Of a stretch of 15,309 nucleotides of DNA, positions 1 through 7,921 are shown piece after piece. The notes under the pieces were generated by a model. It saw only the letters and a list, made by a program, of their open reading frames with translations. It was not told the origin of the DNA and searched no databases. Origin of the DNA: an uncultured archaeon (GTDB taxonomy: Archaea > Asgardarchaeota > Lokiarchaeia > Sigyniarchaeales > SOKP01); NCBI GenBank assembly GCA_964388035.1, contig CAYLZE010000116.1:1-15309 (forward strand), given 5' to 3'. The first letter of the stretch is position 1. Each line of letters opens with the position of its first letter. A program made the position numbers and the translations under genes.

Positions 1-1
1 T

Positions 2-76
2 AAAATCACTCCTATTGAAGAAGCTCTCCAAAAAACCGTTGATTGGTATAAAGAATATTTACAAAAAAAGAATTAA
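2..76 (+). CDS. C-terminal fragment of an NAD-dependent epimerase/dehydratase (extended SDR), truncated by the window edge
   Basis: Frame 2 reads KITPIEEALQKTVDWYKEYLQKKN* with TAA at 74-76. The TPxEExLxxTVxWY pattern is the typical C-terminal helix of extended SDRs (epimerase, DFR/HpnA and 3beta-HSD-like). Confidence 0.7.
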   Translation, partial: KITPIEEALQKTVDWYKEYLQKKN

Positions 77-163
77 TCCTTGTTCCAACCCAAAAGTCAT
101 GAAAATAGCTTCCCTGAGGATAGGGTTTTTAATAAATGAAATAAAAAGGGTAATGTTAATAAA

Positions 164-643
164 ATGTTAGAAGAAAAATTATCAAGCCAAATAATAGATA
201 TAAATACCTACAAGACGGATATCACGAGAAGATACACGACTTTTCTTTCCCAATATCCGGAGATTTTTTCAGATTTGTGTGATGGTTCCGTGTTCGATTT
301 CTGCATCTATGATTCTCTCGGATCTTACGAGGATCATGTTCCCGTGGATGCATTTAACGTGCTACGCAATGGAAATGGAATTGAAATTAAACCGGGAAAA
401 GCAGAGGACTCCGACTTGGAATTAGCACTTTCGGTGGATGCCATTGAAAAATTAATCCAAACGAACACGAAGGAAGAATATGCTCAACTCCTCGGAAACT
501 TTTATAATGAACCCGATGAGGAAAAGGGCTGGATTGATTTTGCTTTGTACAAAAGAACCCAGCTCTTGATTGAAATGGGGTATGGCAGATTCGCAAAAAC
601 TGCCGGGATACTTGAAGATGAAGACAACGTGTATTCCATGTAA
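164..643 (+). CDS. Hypothetical protein, SCP2 (sterol carrier protein 2)-like fold; paralog of 2221..2628
   Basis: 159 aa ORF. GIEIKPGKAEDSDLELALSVDAIEKLIQ resembles the SCP2 strand-G-x-D-strand-helix core. It shares EI..DLxL...A..LIQ...EY...NxP...LLxxMGY with ORF 2221..2628. The fold call is inference. Confidence 0.6.
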   Translation: MLEEKLSSQIIDINTYKTDITRRYTTFLSQYPEIFSDLCDGSVFDFCIYDSLGSYEDHVPVDAFNVLRNGNGIEIKPGKAEDSDLELALSVDAIEKLIQTNTKEEYAQLLGNFYNEPDEEKGWIDFALYKRTQLLIEMGYGRFAKTAGILEDEDNVYSM

Positions 644-706
644 ATTGCTTTATTTTATACACTTTCTAAATTGAAATATTGATTAAACATGAATAAATAA
701 GTTAAA

Positions 707-2200
707 ATGTCAAAATCACAAGAATTAGAAATTTTTAATAAATATACTGGCGAAGTAATTAAATCCATACCAGCAGACACGATACAGACTGTCCGGGATA
801 AGATTATAAAGGTCCATAAAAACCAAGAACAGCTAAAAAAGATGGATTTCTTCGAACGCGCTAAGCTTCTCTCTCAATTTGCCACCAAATTGCGATTCAA
901 TAAGAACAAGCTAAAGGAGCTAATAGTGGCAGAGGGCGGGCTTCCGATCAAGTATAGCGAATGGGAGTTGTCCATAGTCACTCAAGGATTCAAATTTTGT
1001 GATTGGTATTGGCCCTTCATTGAGGAAAAGCGCTTGACCAGTATCGAAGGAGAGCAGCTAGCAAGCATTAGACGTCTTCCTCACGGATTAGCAGCTTGCA
1101 TTTCTCCTCGCAATACTCCAATAAGCCTCCCCCTTTATCAATTAGGAGCAAATTACCTAGTAGGGAACAGTGCCATCGTCAAACCATCTACCGCTTGCCC
1201 TTTAACAATGTTAGAAGCTTATTCCATGATGGAAGAGATGGAATTACCCGGACTTGATGCCTTAGATATTGTAATTGCGCCTGGAGAATGGGCTGTGGAT
1301 GAATTTCTTAGTTCACCTTTAGTTAAAACTTTAATGACCATTACCGCATCCCACACGGCAAAAGACATCATTGTTCGATACGCTAAAATTTTAAAAAAGA
1401 ATACCGACAAGTCAATGGGTGTCACCATGTATACCACTCCCTTCAAACAATTCTTTTTTGAATGTGCTGGGAATGATGCCGGTATCGTGATGGATGACGT
1501 GAATTTAGAGCAAGTAGCAAAATGGAACGTGATGGCTTCCTATACCAACTCGGGCCAACAATGCTTCTCGATGAAAAGAATCATCGTGCACAAGGATATC
1601 TATGATGAGTATATTGAGTTATTGATCAAGGAAATGGAGAAATTGAAATACGGAGATCCGACCGATCCTGACGTCGATATCGGTCCCTTGGGAAGTAGAA
1701 AAATCTTGATGATGATGGAAGTAATGGTAGAAGACGCTAAAAAGTATGGGGTCAAAATTTATACGGGAGCGGAAAAGGTTGACACGGGCAAGGATTATGG
1801 CTTATTTTACAAGCCCACTCTGGTTGAGATTAAACCAGAATTATGTTTCGATTTAACTAAAGCACCTTTCTTGTGGCGTGAAGAAGCCTTTGGTCCCGTT
1901 CGCTCCGTGACAAAAGCTAATGATATGAAAGATGCAATAAGATTAGCTAACGCGAGCAATTACGGCATGCGGGCGGTAGTGTATACCACTAATTTGGAAA
2001 ATATTGAAATCTTTAAAAATGAGCTGGAAGCTGCAAACATTTATATCAATGCACGCCCCATGTTGGTCGATATCACCGTGTCCTTGGGGGGAATCAAAGA
2101 TTCTGCATATCCTCCAGGATGTAAATATTATCCCCAAGAATTAACGTACGGTAAATATATTTACGATGGAACCCCCATAAACTTGGATAAAATTAAATAA
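707..2200 (+). CDS. Aldehyde dehydrogenase family protein, divergent; catalytic Cys retained
   Basis: Motifs: ISPRNTP (PWNxP equivalent), GNSAIVKPS, ECAGND (ELGGK equivalent, Glu252), NSGQQC (Cys286, TGC at 1562-1564), EEAFGPV, ANASNYGM, LGGIKDS. Confidence 0.92.
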   Translation: MSKSQELEIFNKYTGEVIKSIPADTIQTVRDKIIKVHKNQEQLKKMDFFERAKLLSQFATKLRFNKNKLKELIVAEGGLPIKYSEWELSIVTQGFKFCDWYWPFIEEKRLTSIEGEQLASIRRLPHGLAACISPRNTPISLPLYQLGANYLVGNSAIVKPSTACPLTMLEAYSMMEEMELPGLDALDIVIAPGEWAVDEFLSSPLVKTLMTITASHTAKDIIVRYAKILKKNTDKSMGVTMYTTPFKQFFFECAGNDAGIVMDDVNLEQVAKWNVMASYTNSGQQCFSMKRIIVHKDIYDEYIELLIKEMEKLKYGDPTDPDVDIGPLGSRKILMMMEVMVEDAKKYGVKIYTGAEKVDTGKDYGLFYKPTLVEIKPELCFDLTKAPFLWREEAFGPVRSVTKANDMKDAIRLANASNYGMRAVVYTTNLENIEIFKNELEAANIYINARPMLVDITVSLGGIKDSAYPPGCKYYPQELTYGKYIYDGTPINLDKIK

Positions 2201-2220
2201 TTGACAGATTTTGACCTGCC

Positions 2221-2628
2221 ATGGACTCCGGGGAACTATTCAACGAATTAGCTTCTTATTTTCCAAAGACTTCAGATTTAATGAGGCATCTTCAAATAAA
2301 CGCTTGTTGGGAATATGTTATTACTGAGCACTCAACAAATGATATGGAAATCAAATTGAACTATTTTTTATATAAAAAAGACGAAAATAGGTTAGAAATT
2401 TCCTTGAAAAGTCCCGGAATTAAGCCAGATTTAACTTTATATTTCACGGAAAAAGCCCTTTTAAATCTAATCCAAGGCCATCCGAGTGCGGATGAGTATT
2501 ATGCTCGCTATCGCGAGGTAATGAACCATCCAAAACCAGAGATTGAGGTAGACAATAAGGTAAATAAACCTCGACTCTTGCTTTGGAAAATGGGGTATAA
2601 AAATTGGCAAAAGGACTTTAAATTCTGA
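2221..2628 (+). CDS. Hypothetical protein, SCP2-like; paralog of 164..643
   Basis: 135 aa ORF starting 20 bp after ALDH1. RLEISLKSPGIKPDLTLYFTEKALLNLIQ...EYY...NHP...LLWKMGY aligns by eye with the C-terminal two-thirds of ORF 164..643. Confidence 0.6.
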   Translation: MDSGELFNELASYFPKTSDLMRHLQINACWEYVITEHSTNDMEIKLNYFLYKKDENRLEISLKSPGIKPDLTLYFTEKALLNLIQGHPSADEYYARYREVMNHPKPEIEVDNKVNKPRLLLWKMGYKNWQKDFKF

Positions 2629-2703
2629 AAATAGTGCCAAGATTAGGATCAAGCATTAAAATACAATTTCAAAAATAGATAAAAATACTTTAATCGTGAT
2701 TTC

Positions 2704-4224
2704 ATGAATTTAGATGTTATTAATAAATATAATGGAGAGCTTGTAGGCTCGATAGAAGCAGATAATGAAGAAACAGTCAATGAAAAAATAGAACGGACTG
2801 CTAAATGGGAATATCGATTGTTAAATACCTCCTTGGAAGAAAGAATAGATGTTATTAAAAAGATAGCCTCAGATCTCATCGATTACAAGGAAAAGATAAA
2901 GAATCTAATCGTTGCGGAGGGGGGATTGCCAATAAAATATGCCGAATGGGAGTTTCAGATGATAGAAAAAGGATTTAAATACGTGGATTGGTTTACCAAA
3001 TTTATAGATGATAAGAGCCAGAAAGACCTTGAAAGCGGTAAAGTTTCCACGATCTATTATCAACCCAGAGGACTAACGATCGGAATTACTCCGAGAAACA
3101 CTCCCTTGAGCTTGCCCATGTATTTTTGGGGATCCAGCTTTTTAACGGGGAATCCTGCCATTATTAAACCATCCATAGCTTGTCCCTTAACCATGAAATT
3201 TTGCCTCGATAAGATAATTGAGAATAAGTTTACTTTTTCTGCAGCTTATGATATCGTGATTAGTCCCGGAGATTTCATGATAAAGCAATTTATTGAATCT
3301 GATCTCACAAAAAATCTCATCTGCGTCGGTTCTTCCCATACAGCGAAACAAATATTAATAGATTATGCGGATTTTTTGAAAAAAAGCATCCAAACCTATC
3401 AAGGCATGACCAGGATTAATAAACCCTTCAAGAATTTCGTATTCGAGTGTGCAGGAAACGATGCGGGAATAATCTTGCCCGGAGTGGACTTGGAAACGGT
3501 TGCAAAATGGAACATCATTGCTTCCTATACCAATTCGGGACAGCAAAATTTTTCCATGAAGAGAATCATTGTCCATCAGGATATTTACGATGAATATGTC
3601 GAGCTTTTAATAAGAGAAATTGAGAAGTTGAAAATGGGAGATCCTATGGATGAATCTACGGACATTGCTCCGTTGGGCTCACGTCGCATTTTAATGCTAA
3701 TGGATCTCATGGTGGGAGAGGCGCAAAAGCATAAAAATGTAAGAATATTATGTGGTGCTAAGAAGGTCGATACTGGAGAGGCATATGGTCTTTTCTATGA
3801 ACCCACTTTGGTTGAAATTCCTCGAGAAAATATCCTTGACTTTAATAAAGCCCCTTTCTTATGGCGAGAAGAGGCTTTTGGGCCGGTCAGAAGTATAACT
3901 AAAGCGAAGAGCGTGGAGGATGCAATCTTCCTAGCAAATCATTCAAATTACGGCATGAGGGCAGTGGTTTACTCTCCTCCAGAGTATATTCAGAGGTTTA
4001 CCAATGAATTGCAAGCTGGCAGTGTATATATTAATAGTGAGCCCATGCTAGCAACCATTAGCACCGCTCTCGGAGGATGGAAGGACTCCTCATGGCCAAG
4101 TGGCATTAAATATTATCCTTCGGAATGCGTTCGAACCAAAATTGTCTATAATGGTTCCGAAGATAATGAACGAGCACTATTCGGTTCCAATATAGAATCC
4201 AATCCAGCATCTGTGAAAAATTAA
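2704..4224 (+). CDS. Aldehyde dehydrogenase family protein lacking the catalytic Cys (probable pseudoenzyme subunit); paralog of 707..2200
   Basis: Motifs: ITPRNTP, GNPAIIKPS, CVGSS, ECAGND (Glu248) and EEAFGPV are present, but NSGQQN has Asn282 (AAT at 3547-3549) at the nucleophile position. Long blocks are identical to ALDH1 (LIVAEGGLPIKY, KAPFLWREEAFGPVRS). A GTGAT SD-like site precedes the ATG. Confidence 0.9.
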   Translation: MNLDVINKYNGELVGSIEADNEETVNEKIERTAKWEYRLLNTSLEERIDVIKKIASDLIDYKEKIKNLIVAEGGLPIKYAEWEFQMIEKGFKYVDWFTKFIDDKSQKDLESGKVSTIYYQPRGLTIGITPRNTPLSLPMYFWGSSFLTGNPAIIKPSIACPLTMKFCLDKIIENKFTFSAAYDIVISPGDFMIKQFIESDLTKNLICVGSSHTAKQILIDYADFLKKSIQTYQGMTRINKPFKNFVFECAGNDAGIILPGVDLETVAKWNIIASYTNSGQQNFSMKRIIVHQDIYDEYVELLIREIEKLKMGDPMDESTDIAPLGSRRILMLMDLMVGEAQKHKNVRILCGAKKVDTGEAYGLFYEPTLVEIPRENILDFNKAPFLWREEAFGPVRSITKAKSVEDAIFLANHSNYGMRAVVYSPPEYIQRFTNELQAGSVYINSEPMLATISTALGGWKDSSWPSGIKYYPSECVRTKIVYNGSEDNERALFGSNIESNPASVKN

Positions 4225-4325
4225 ATTATTTTTATTACTAAATAAGTCCAACCCGTTAAAATCATTTAATCTCCTTATTTTTACTTAAAAAAGCTCTTTG
4301 ATTCTTTTTCAAGGATCAATAAAAA

Positions 4326-4341
4326 TTATCACGCATGATAA
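4326..4341. terminator. Short inverted repeat TTATCA-CGCA-TGATAA in the T-rich gap between convergent ALDH2 and ThDP-enzyme genes; possible terminator element
   Basis: A 6-4-6 inverted repeat is visible, and the intergenic region 4225-4348 has T-tracts on both strands. Confidence 0.25.
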
Positions 4342-4348
4342 CAGGATA

Positions 4349-6100
4349 TTAATAATAATTAGGAGGAAGGAGTTCCATGGGGTCTACCACGACATCCACC
4401 AGATTAAATCCTCTAGAATTCATGGCATTTTTGATTGCCTCATCTAAATTACTCAATTTTTCCACGCGTATTCCATTTCCCCCATGAGCTTCGGTGAGTG
4501 TAGCAAAATCGGTATTTGGACGATCCGTATCATAATATCGTTTTTTATAGAGCATTGCTTGTCCAAACTTTACAAAACCTAAAGAAGCATTATTAATAAC
4601 CACGATAGTGCAATCTAAGTTTAATTTCTTGATGGTTTCAAATTCATTAATCCCACCATTCATCAAACCACCATCCCCCGTGAATAAAACTTTTTTAGAT
4701 TTGAATGCATCTTTATAAAGAGATTTTACAGCAATGCATGTCCCAATAAGTGCCCCCACGCCAAATCCCGTTGGGCCCACACCTCGAGCGGTTATGATAT
4801 TCCTGCCAATTGCTTTTACAGGAAAATACGGTCCTATCCATCGCGAGCTGGCACTCGCATCCGTGACCAAGTAATCATCCTTGGTAAAATTGTCCGAAAT
4901 GGCTTTTAAAACCCTTTGAGGCTTGATTGGTTCTGCAGATAACCAAGCTTGTTCATCGGATTTCCTATATTCAGCATGGTCTTGTTTTAATTTTTCCATG
5001 TTTTCCTTTCTTTCTTCAAGCAACCCGTGTTGATCAGATCCATCCGTGATCCCGTGCTTGGCGAGATCTTCTATTATTAGCTGTAATGCTGCCTTGGGGT
5101 CTCCAACTATCCCCCATGGATGATAATACAAGCCAATTTCGGCTGGATCGATATCAATCTGAATCATTTCCGTTTTCTGCGTGGGTATCTTGAAGTTTGC
5201 TGTATCATCTTCGGTTAGCCGATTGCCCACGACTATCAGCAAGTCGGCCCGTTGCCTTATGAATTTATGATTTGGCTTTTCCCCGAATAACCCGATCGTG
5301 CCAAAATAATGACTGTCCGGTTGAATCTCACGAGAAAGCATAATCCCTTTTCCCGAAATTGTGGAAAATGCGGGTACCATGAGCATTTTGCTTAACTGAT
5401 CAATTTCAGCGAAAGCTCCAGAAAGTACTGCACCTCCTCCTGAATAAATTGCGGGTTGTTTTGCCTTTCTTATGAGTTCGAGTGCAGTTTCTATTTCGTT
5501 TATAGCGGGAGCCGGGCGGCAACCATTAATAGAACATGCTCCCCCCGCTCGGGGAATAAATTCCTGTAATCTCAGCTCCGAGGATCGCACTACATCTTCC
5601 GCGATTACCAGCGCTGCAGGACCGGGTTTTCCATTTACTGCTTGTCGAATGGCAAATTTCATGAATCGTGGTAAATATTCGGTAGATAGCACCTTTCCGG
5701 TCCATTTTGTAATCGGCTGCATTACTTCTGCTACGGGAATATCATGTGGTATGTTTAAAAGCATTTCTTTTGACTTGATCACGCCAATGATAGCAAGAAC
5801 GGGAGATCCCGATCCTTTTGCTTCTGCTAAAGCTACGGGAAAATTCATGGCACCTGCAGCTCCTGCATCACACACGCCCAAATTTCCCGTTATTCTTGCA
5901 TATGCATCCGCTCCAAAGGCAGCACTTCGTTCATCATTAAATAAAACGTGTTCAATTCCCTCTGTTGCGAGTATTCCATCATAAAATCCCAGGGTGTGCC
6001 CATCAGGAATTCCAAACACGTGTTCCACGCCATGAGCTTTCAGCAGTTGCGCCATTCCAAATCCTGTTGTTACCACATCTTTTAAATTATTGGTTGTCAT
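4349..6100 (-). CDS. Thiamine diphosphate-dependent enzyme, acetolactate synthase large subunit-like superfamily
   Basis: Motifs: GVEHVFGIPDG, NDERSAAFGADAYAR (catalytic Glu), KPGPAALVI, central domain GGGA...IQIDIDPAEIG, and the ThDP/Mg motif GDGG...INN. DASASSRW and TARGVGPTGFG differ from canonical IlvB (DVGQHQMW, SGGLGTMGFG). No regulatory subunit is adjacent. Confidence 0.88.
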   Translation of the reverse strand: MTTNNLKDVVTTGFGMAQLLKAHGVEHVFGIPDGHTLGFYDGILATEGIEHVLFNDERSAAFGADAYARITGNLGVCDAGAAGAMNFPVALAEAKGSGSPVLAIIGVIKSKEMLLNIPHDIPVAEVMQPITKWTGKVLSTEYLPRFMKFAIRQAVNGKPGPAALVIAEDVVRSSELRLQEFIPRAGGACSINGCRPAPAINEIETALELIRKAKQPAIYSGGGAVLSGAFAEIDQLSKMLMVPAFSTISGKGIMLSREIQPDSHYFGTIGLFGEKPNHKFIRQRADLLIVVGNRLTEDDTANFKIPTQKTEMIQIDIDPAEIGLYYHPWGIVGDPKAALQLIIEDLAKHGITDGSDQHGLLEERKENMEKLKQDHAEYRKSDEQAWLSAEPIKPQRVLKAISDNFTKDDYLVTDASASSRWIGPYFPVKAIGRNIITARGVGPTGFGVGALIGTCIAVKSLYKDAFKSKKVLFTGDGGLMNGGINEFETIKKLNLDCTIVVINNASLGFVKFGQAMLYKKRYYDTDRPNTDFATLTEAHGGNGIRVEKLSNLDEAIKNAMNSRGFNLVDVVVDPMELLPPNYY

Positions 6101-6187
6101 ATTTAAACAAGACTGTAATTATCCGTTACTTTTGTGATTTTTTCAAAAAAATAAAAAACTTATGATAATAAAATTAAGCTGAAAATA

Positions 6188-7894
6188 TTACGCGAATCGT
6201 ATTAACGACTCTAAAAATTCATCAGGTTCTTGATATCCTAAAAGATTTAATATGGTTGCGGCTATATTTCCCAGTTTAGGTTCTTGAAGGTCATTCTTAA
6301 TTTTATATTCGTTTTGATACTGGCTATCTACAATCGCGAACATTACCGGATTACAAGTATGAGAGGTGATATATTTTCCCTTCATTTCTTCGAGATTTCC
6401 ATGATCTGCCGTGATGAGCGTGATGCCTTGCTTCTTAGACACCTCTTTTACCACTTCGCCCACGCATTCATCGACAGTTTCAGTCGCAATCACTGCTGCA
6501 TTAAAGTCACCCGTATGACCCACCATATCACCATTAGTGAAGTTAACGCGCAAGAATTTGTATTGTTCCGAGTCAATGGCGCTTTTTAGTTCATCTAAAA
6601 TTTCCTTCGCTTTCATTTTTGGGTTATCTCTTATCAGTTCGGACTTAAAAGATTTAATTTCGCAATATTTTTCCTTGTATTGGGAGTCATAATAAACTAT
6701 TTCTTGCCCGTTTTTATTGACAGTCTTAGAGCTTGTCCTGAAATCCCGATTACCTTCAAAAAAGTATGAAACGTGTCCGAACTTGAAAGTTTCCGAAATT
6801 GCAAACATCGGCACGTTTTCAGCGCTTAAATAATCCACGATGGTTGACTTAATAATTGGAGGCTCTAAAAAGTATTTGTTTGGAATTTTCGCTTCCTCAT
6901 CATACTCAACTAGCCCATAATATTGTACGGGGGGATTGCATTTTTTGGTGAATACTTTAAAATCTTTCTCATCAAATGCTCTCGAGATCTGAATGGCTCG
7001 GTCCCCCCGAAAATTAAAATTGATCACTCCGTCGCCCTTCTCCATTTTTCCGATAGGGTTGCCCTTCTCATCAGTGATTACGAAGGATGATAAATATTGA
7101 TCAGAAATATCCGGTTGATTTTCTCTGGCTTTCTTGATTGCTTGTTCTGCAGAAGAAAAATAGCCGGGATAATTGTCTTCTTGCTCGGGTATTCCACAAA
7201 CGTGAGCTTCCCAGCCCCTTCTAACAACATCCCAATCAGATTCATATCTATCCATCGTAACGTGCATGCGCCCGCCTCCCGAAGCAATCTTGTAATTATA
7301 TCCCTTACTTTTATTGATTTCGCCTAATTTTTTTTCCAATTGACCTACATACTCCAAGGAAGACTGAGGAGGAACGTCTCTCCCATCCAACAGGACATGG
7401 ACTCTAACTTCCGGGAGATCGGAAGAAACTGCTCCATCCAATAATCCAAAAAGATGGGTTATATGGCTATGGACATATCCATCCGATAATAATCCTAAGA
7501 GGTGGAGTTTCTTGTTCTCTTTTTTAAGAGAGGAGGTTAATTCTTTCCATTTTTGGCTTTTAAAAAGTGTTTTACTTTGAATTGCTTCTTTTGACAATAG
7601 AGCTCTTTCTTTTATTAGAGTACCGGCACCAAAAGCGTTATGTCCGACTTCTGAGTTGCCCATTTCTTCGTCGGTTGGAAGTCCAACAGCCGTTCCGTGG
7701 GCTTTTAACTTAATATATAATCCTTTTTTGGGACACTGCTCGATTACCTTGTCGAGAAAGGGTTTTTTAGCCGTATAAAAAGCATTTGCATCCGTTTCAT
7801 CTCGAAGTCCAATTCCATCCATTATCACAAAAACCAAAGGTCCTTTTCTTCCTTTAAAGGTTTTTAGTGGTTCTAATTTAAATTTTTGTGTCAT
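6188..7894 (-). CDS. gpmI: 2,3-bisphosphoglycerate-independent phosphoglycerate mutase
   Basis: Motifs: IMDGIG, AHGTAVGLP...MGNSEVGH (phospho-Ser), LSDGYVHSH, LDGRDVPP, MDRYE, NFRGDRA, SETFKFGHVSYFF, NGDMVGHTG, TADHGNLE, SHTCNPV. The ATG at 7894 is preferred over the TTG at 7900. Confidence 0.96.
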   Translation of the reverse strand: MTQKFKLEPLKTFKGRKGPLVFVIMDGIGLRDETDANAFYTAKKPFLDKVIEQCPKKGLYIKLKAHGTAVGLPTDEEMGNSEVGHNAFGAGTLIKERALLSKEAIQSKTLFKSQKWKELTSSLKKENKKLHLLGLLSDGYVHSHITHLFGLLDGAVSSDLPEVRVHVLLDGRDVPPQSSLEYVGQLEKKLGEINKSKGYNYKIASGGGRMHVTMDRYESDWDVVRRGWEAHVCGIPEQEDNYPGYFSSAEQAIKKARENQPDISDQYLSSFVITDEKGNPIGKMEKGDGVINFNFRGDRAIQISRAFDEKDFKVFTKKCNPPVQYYGLVEYDEEAKIPNKYFLEPPIIKSTIVDYLSAENVPMFAISETFKFGHVSYFFEGNRDFRTSSKTVNKNGQEIVYYDSQYKEKYCEIKSFKSELIRDNPKMKAKEILDELKSAIDSEQYKFLRVNFTNGDMVGHTGDFNAAVIATETVDECVGEVVKEVSKKQGITLITADHGNLEEMKGKYITSHTCNPVMFAIVDSQYQNEYKIKNDLQEPKLGNIAATILNLLGYQEPDEFLESLIRFA

Positions 7895-7921
7895 GTTCAA
7901 TCCATTATTTTAATTATTATT

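Noticed and set aside
2693-2700. ATCGTGAT before ALDH2 as another copy of the ATCATGAT operator
   Set aside because: GTGAT 3 nt before the ATG is more simply explained as an archaeal Shine-Dalgarno remnant, as also seen before the amidase.
2704-4224. ALDH2 as a pseudogene or sequencing artefact
   Set aside because: The ORF is full length with no frameshift, has strongly conserved blocks, and the Cys/Asn codons differ at all three bases.
4349-6100. Assigning the symbol ilvB
   Set aside because: Canonical IlvB substrate motifs are absent and there is no branched-chain amino acid gene context.
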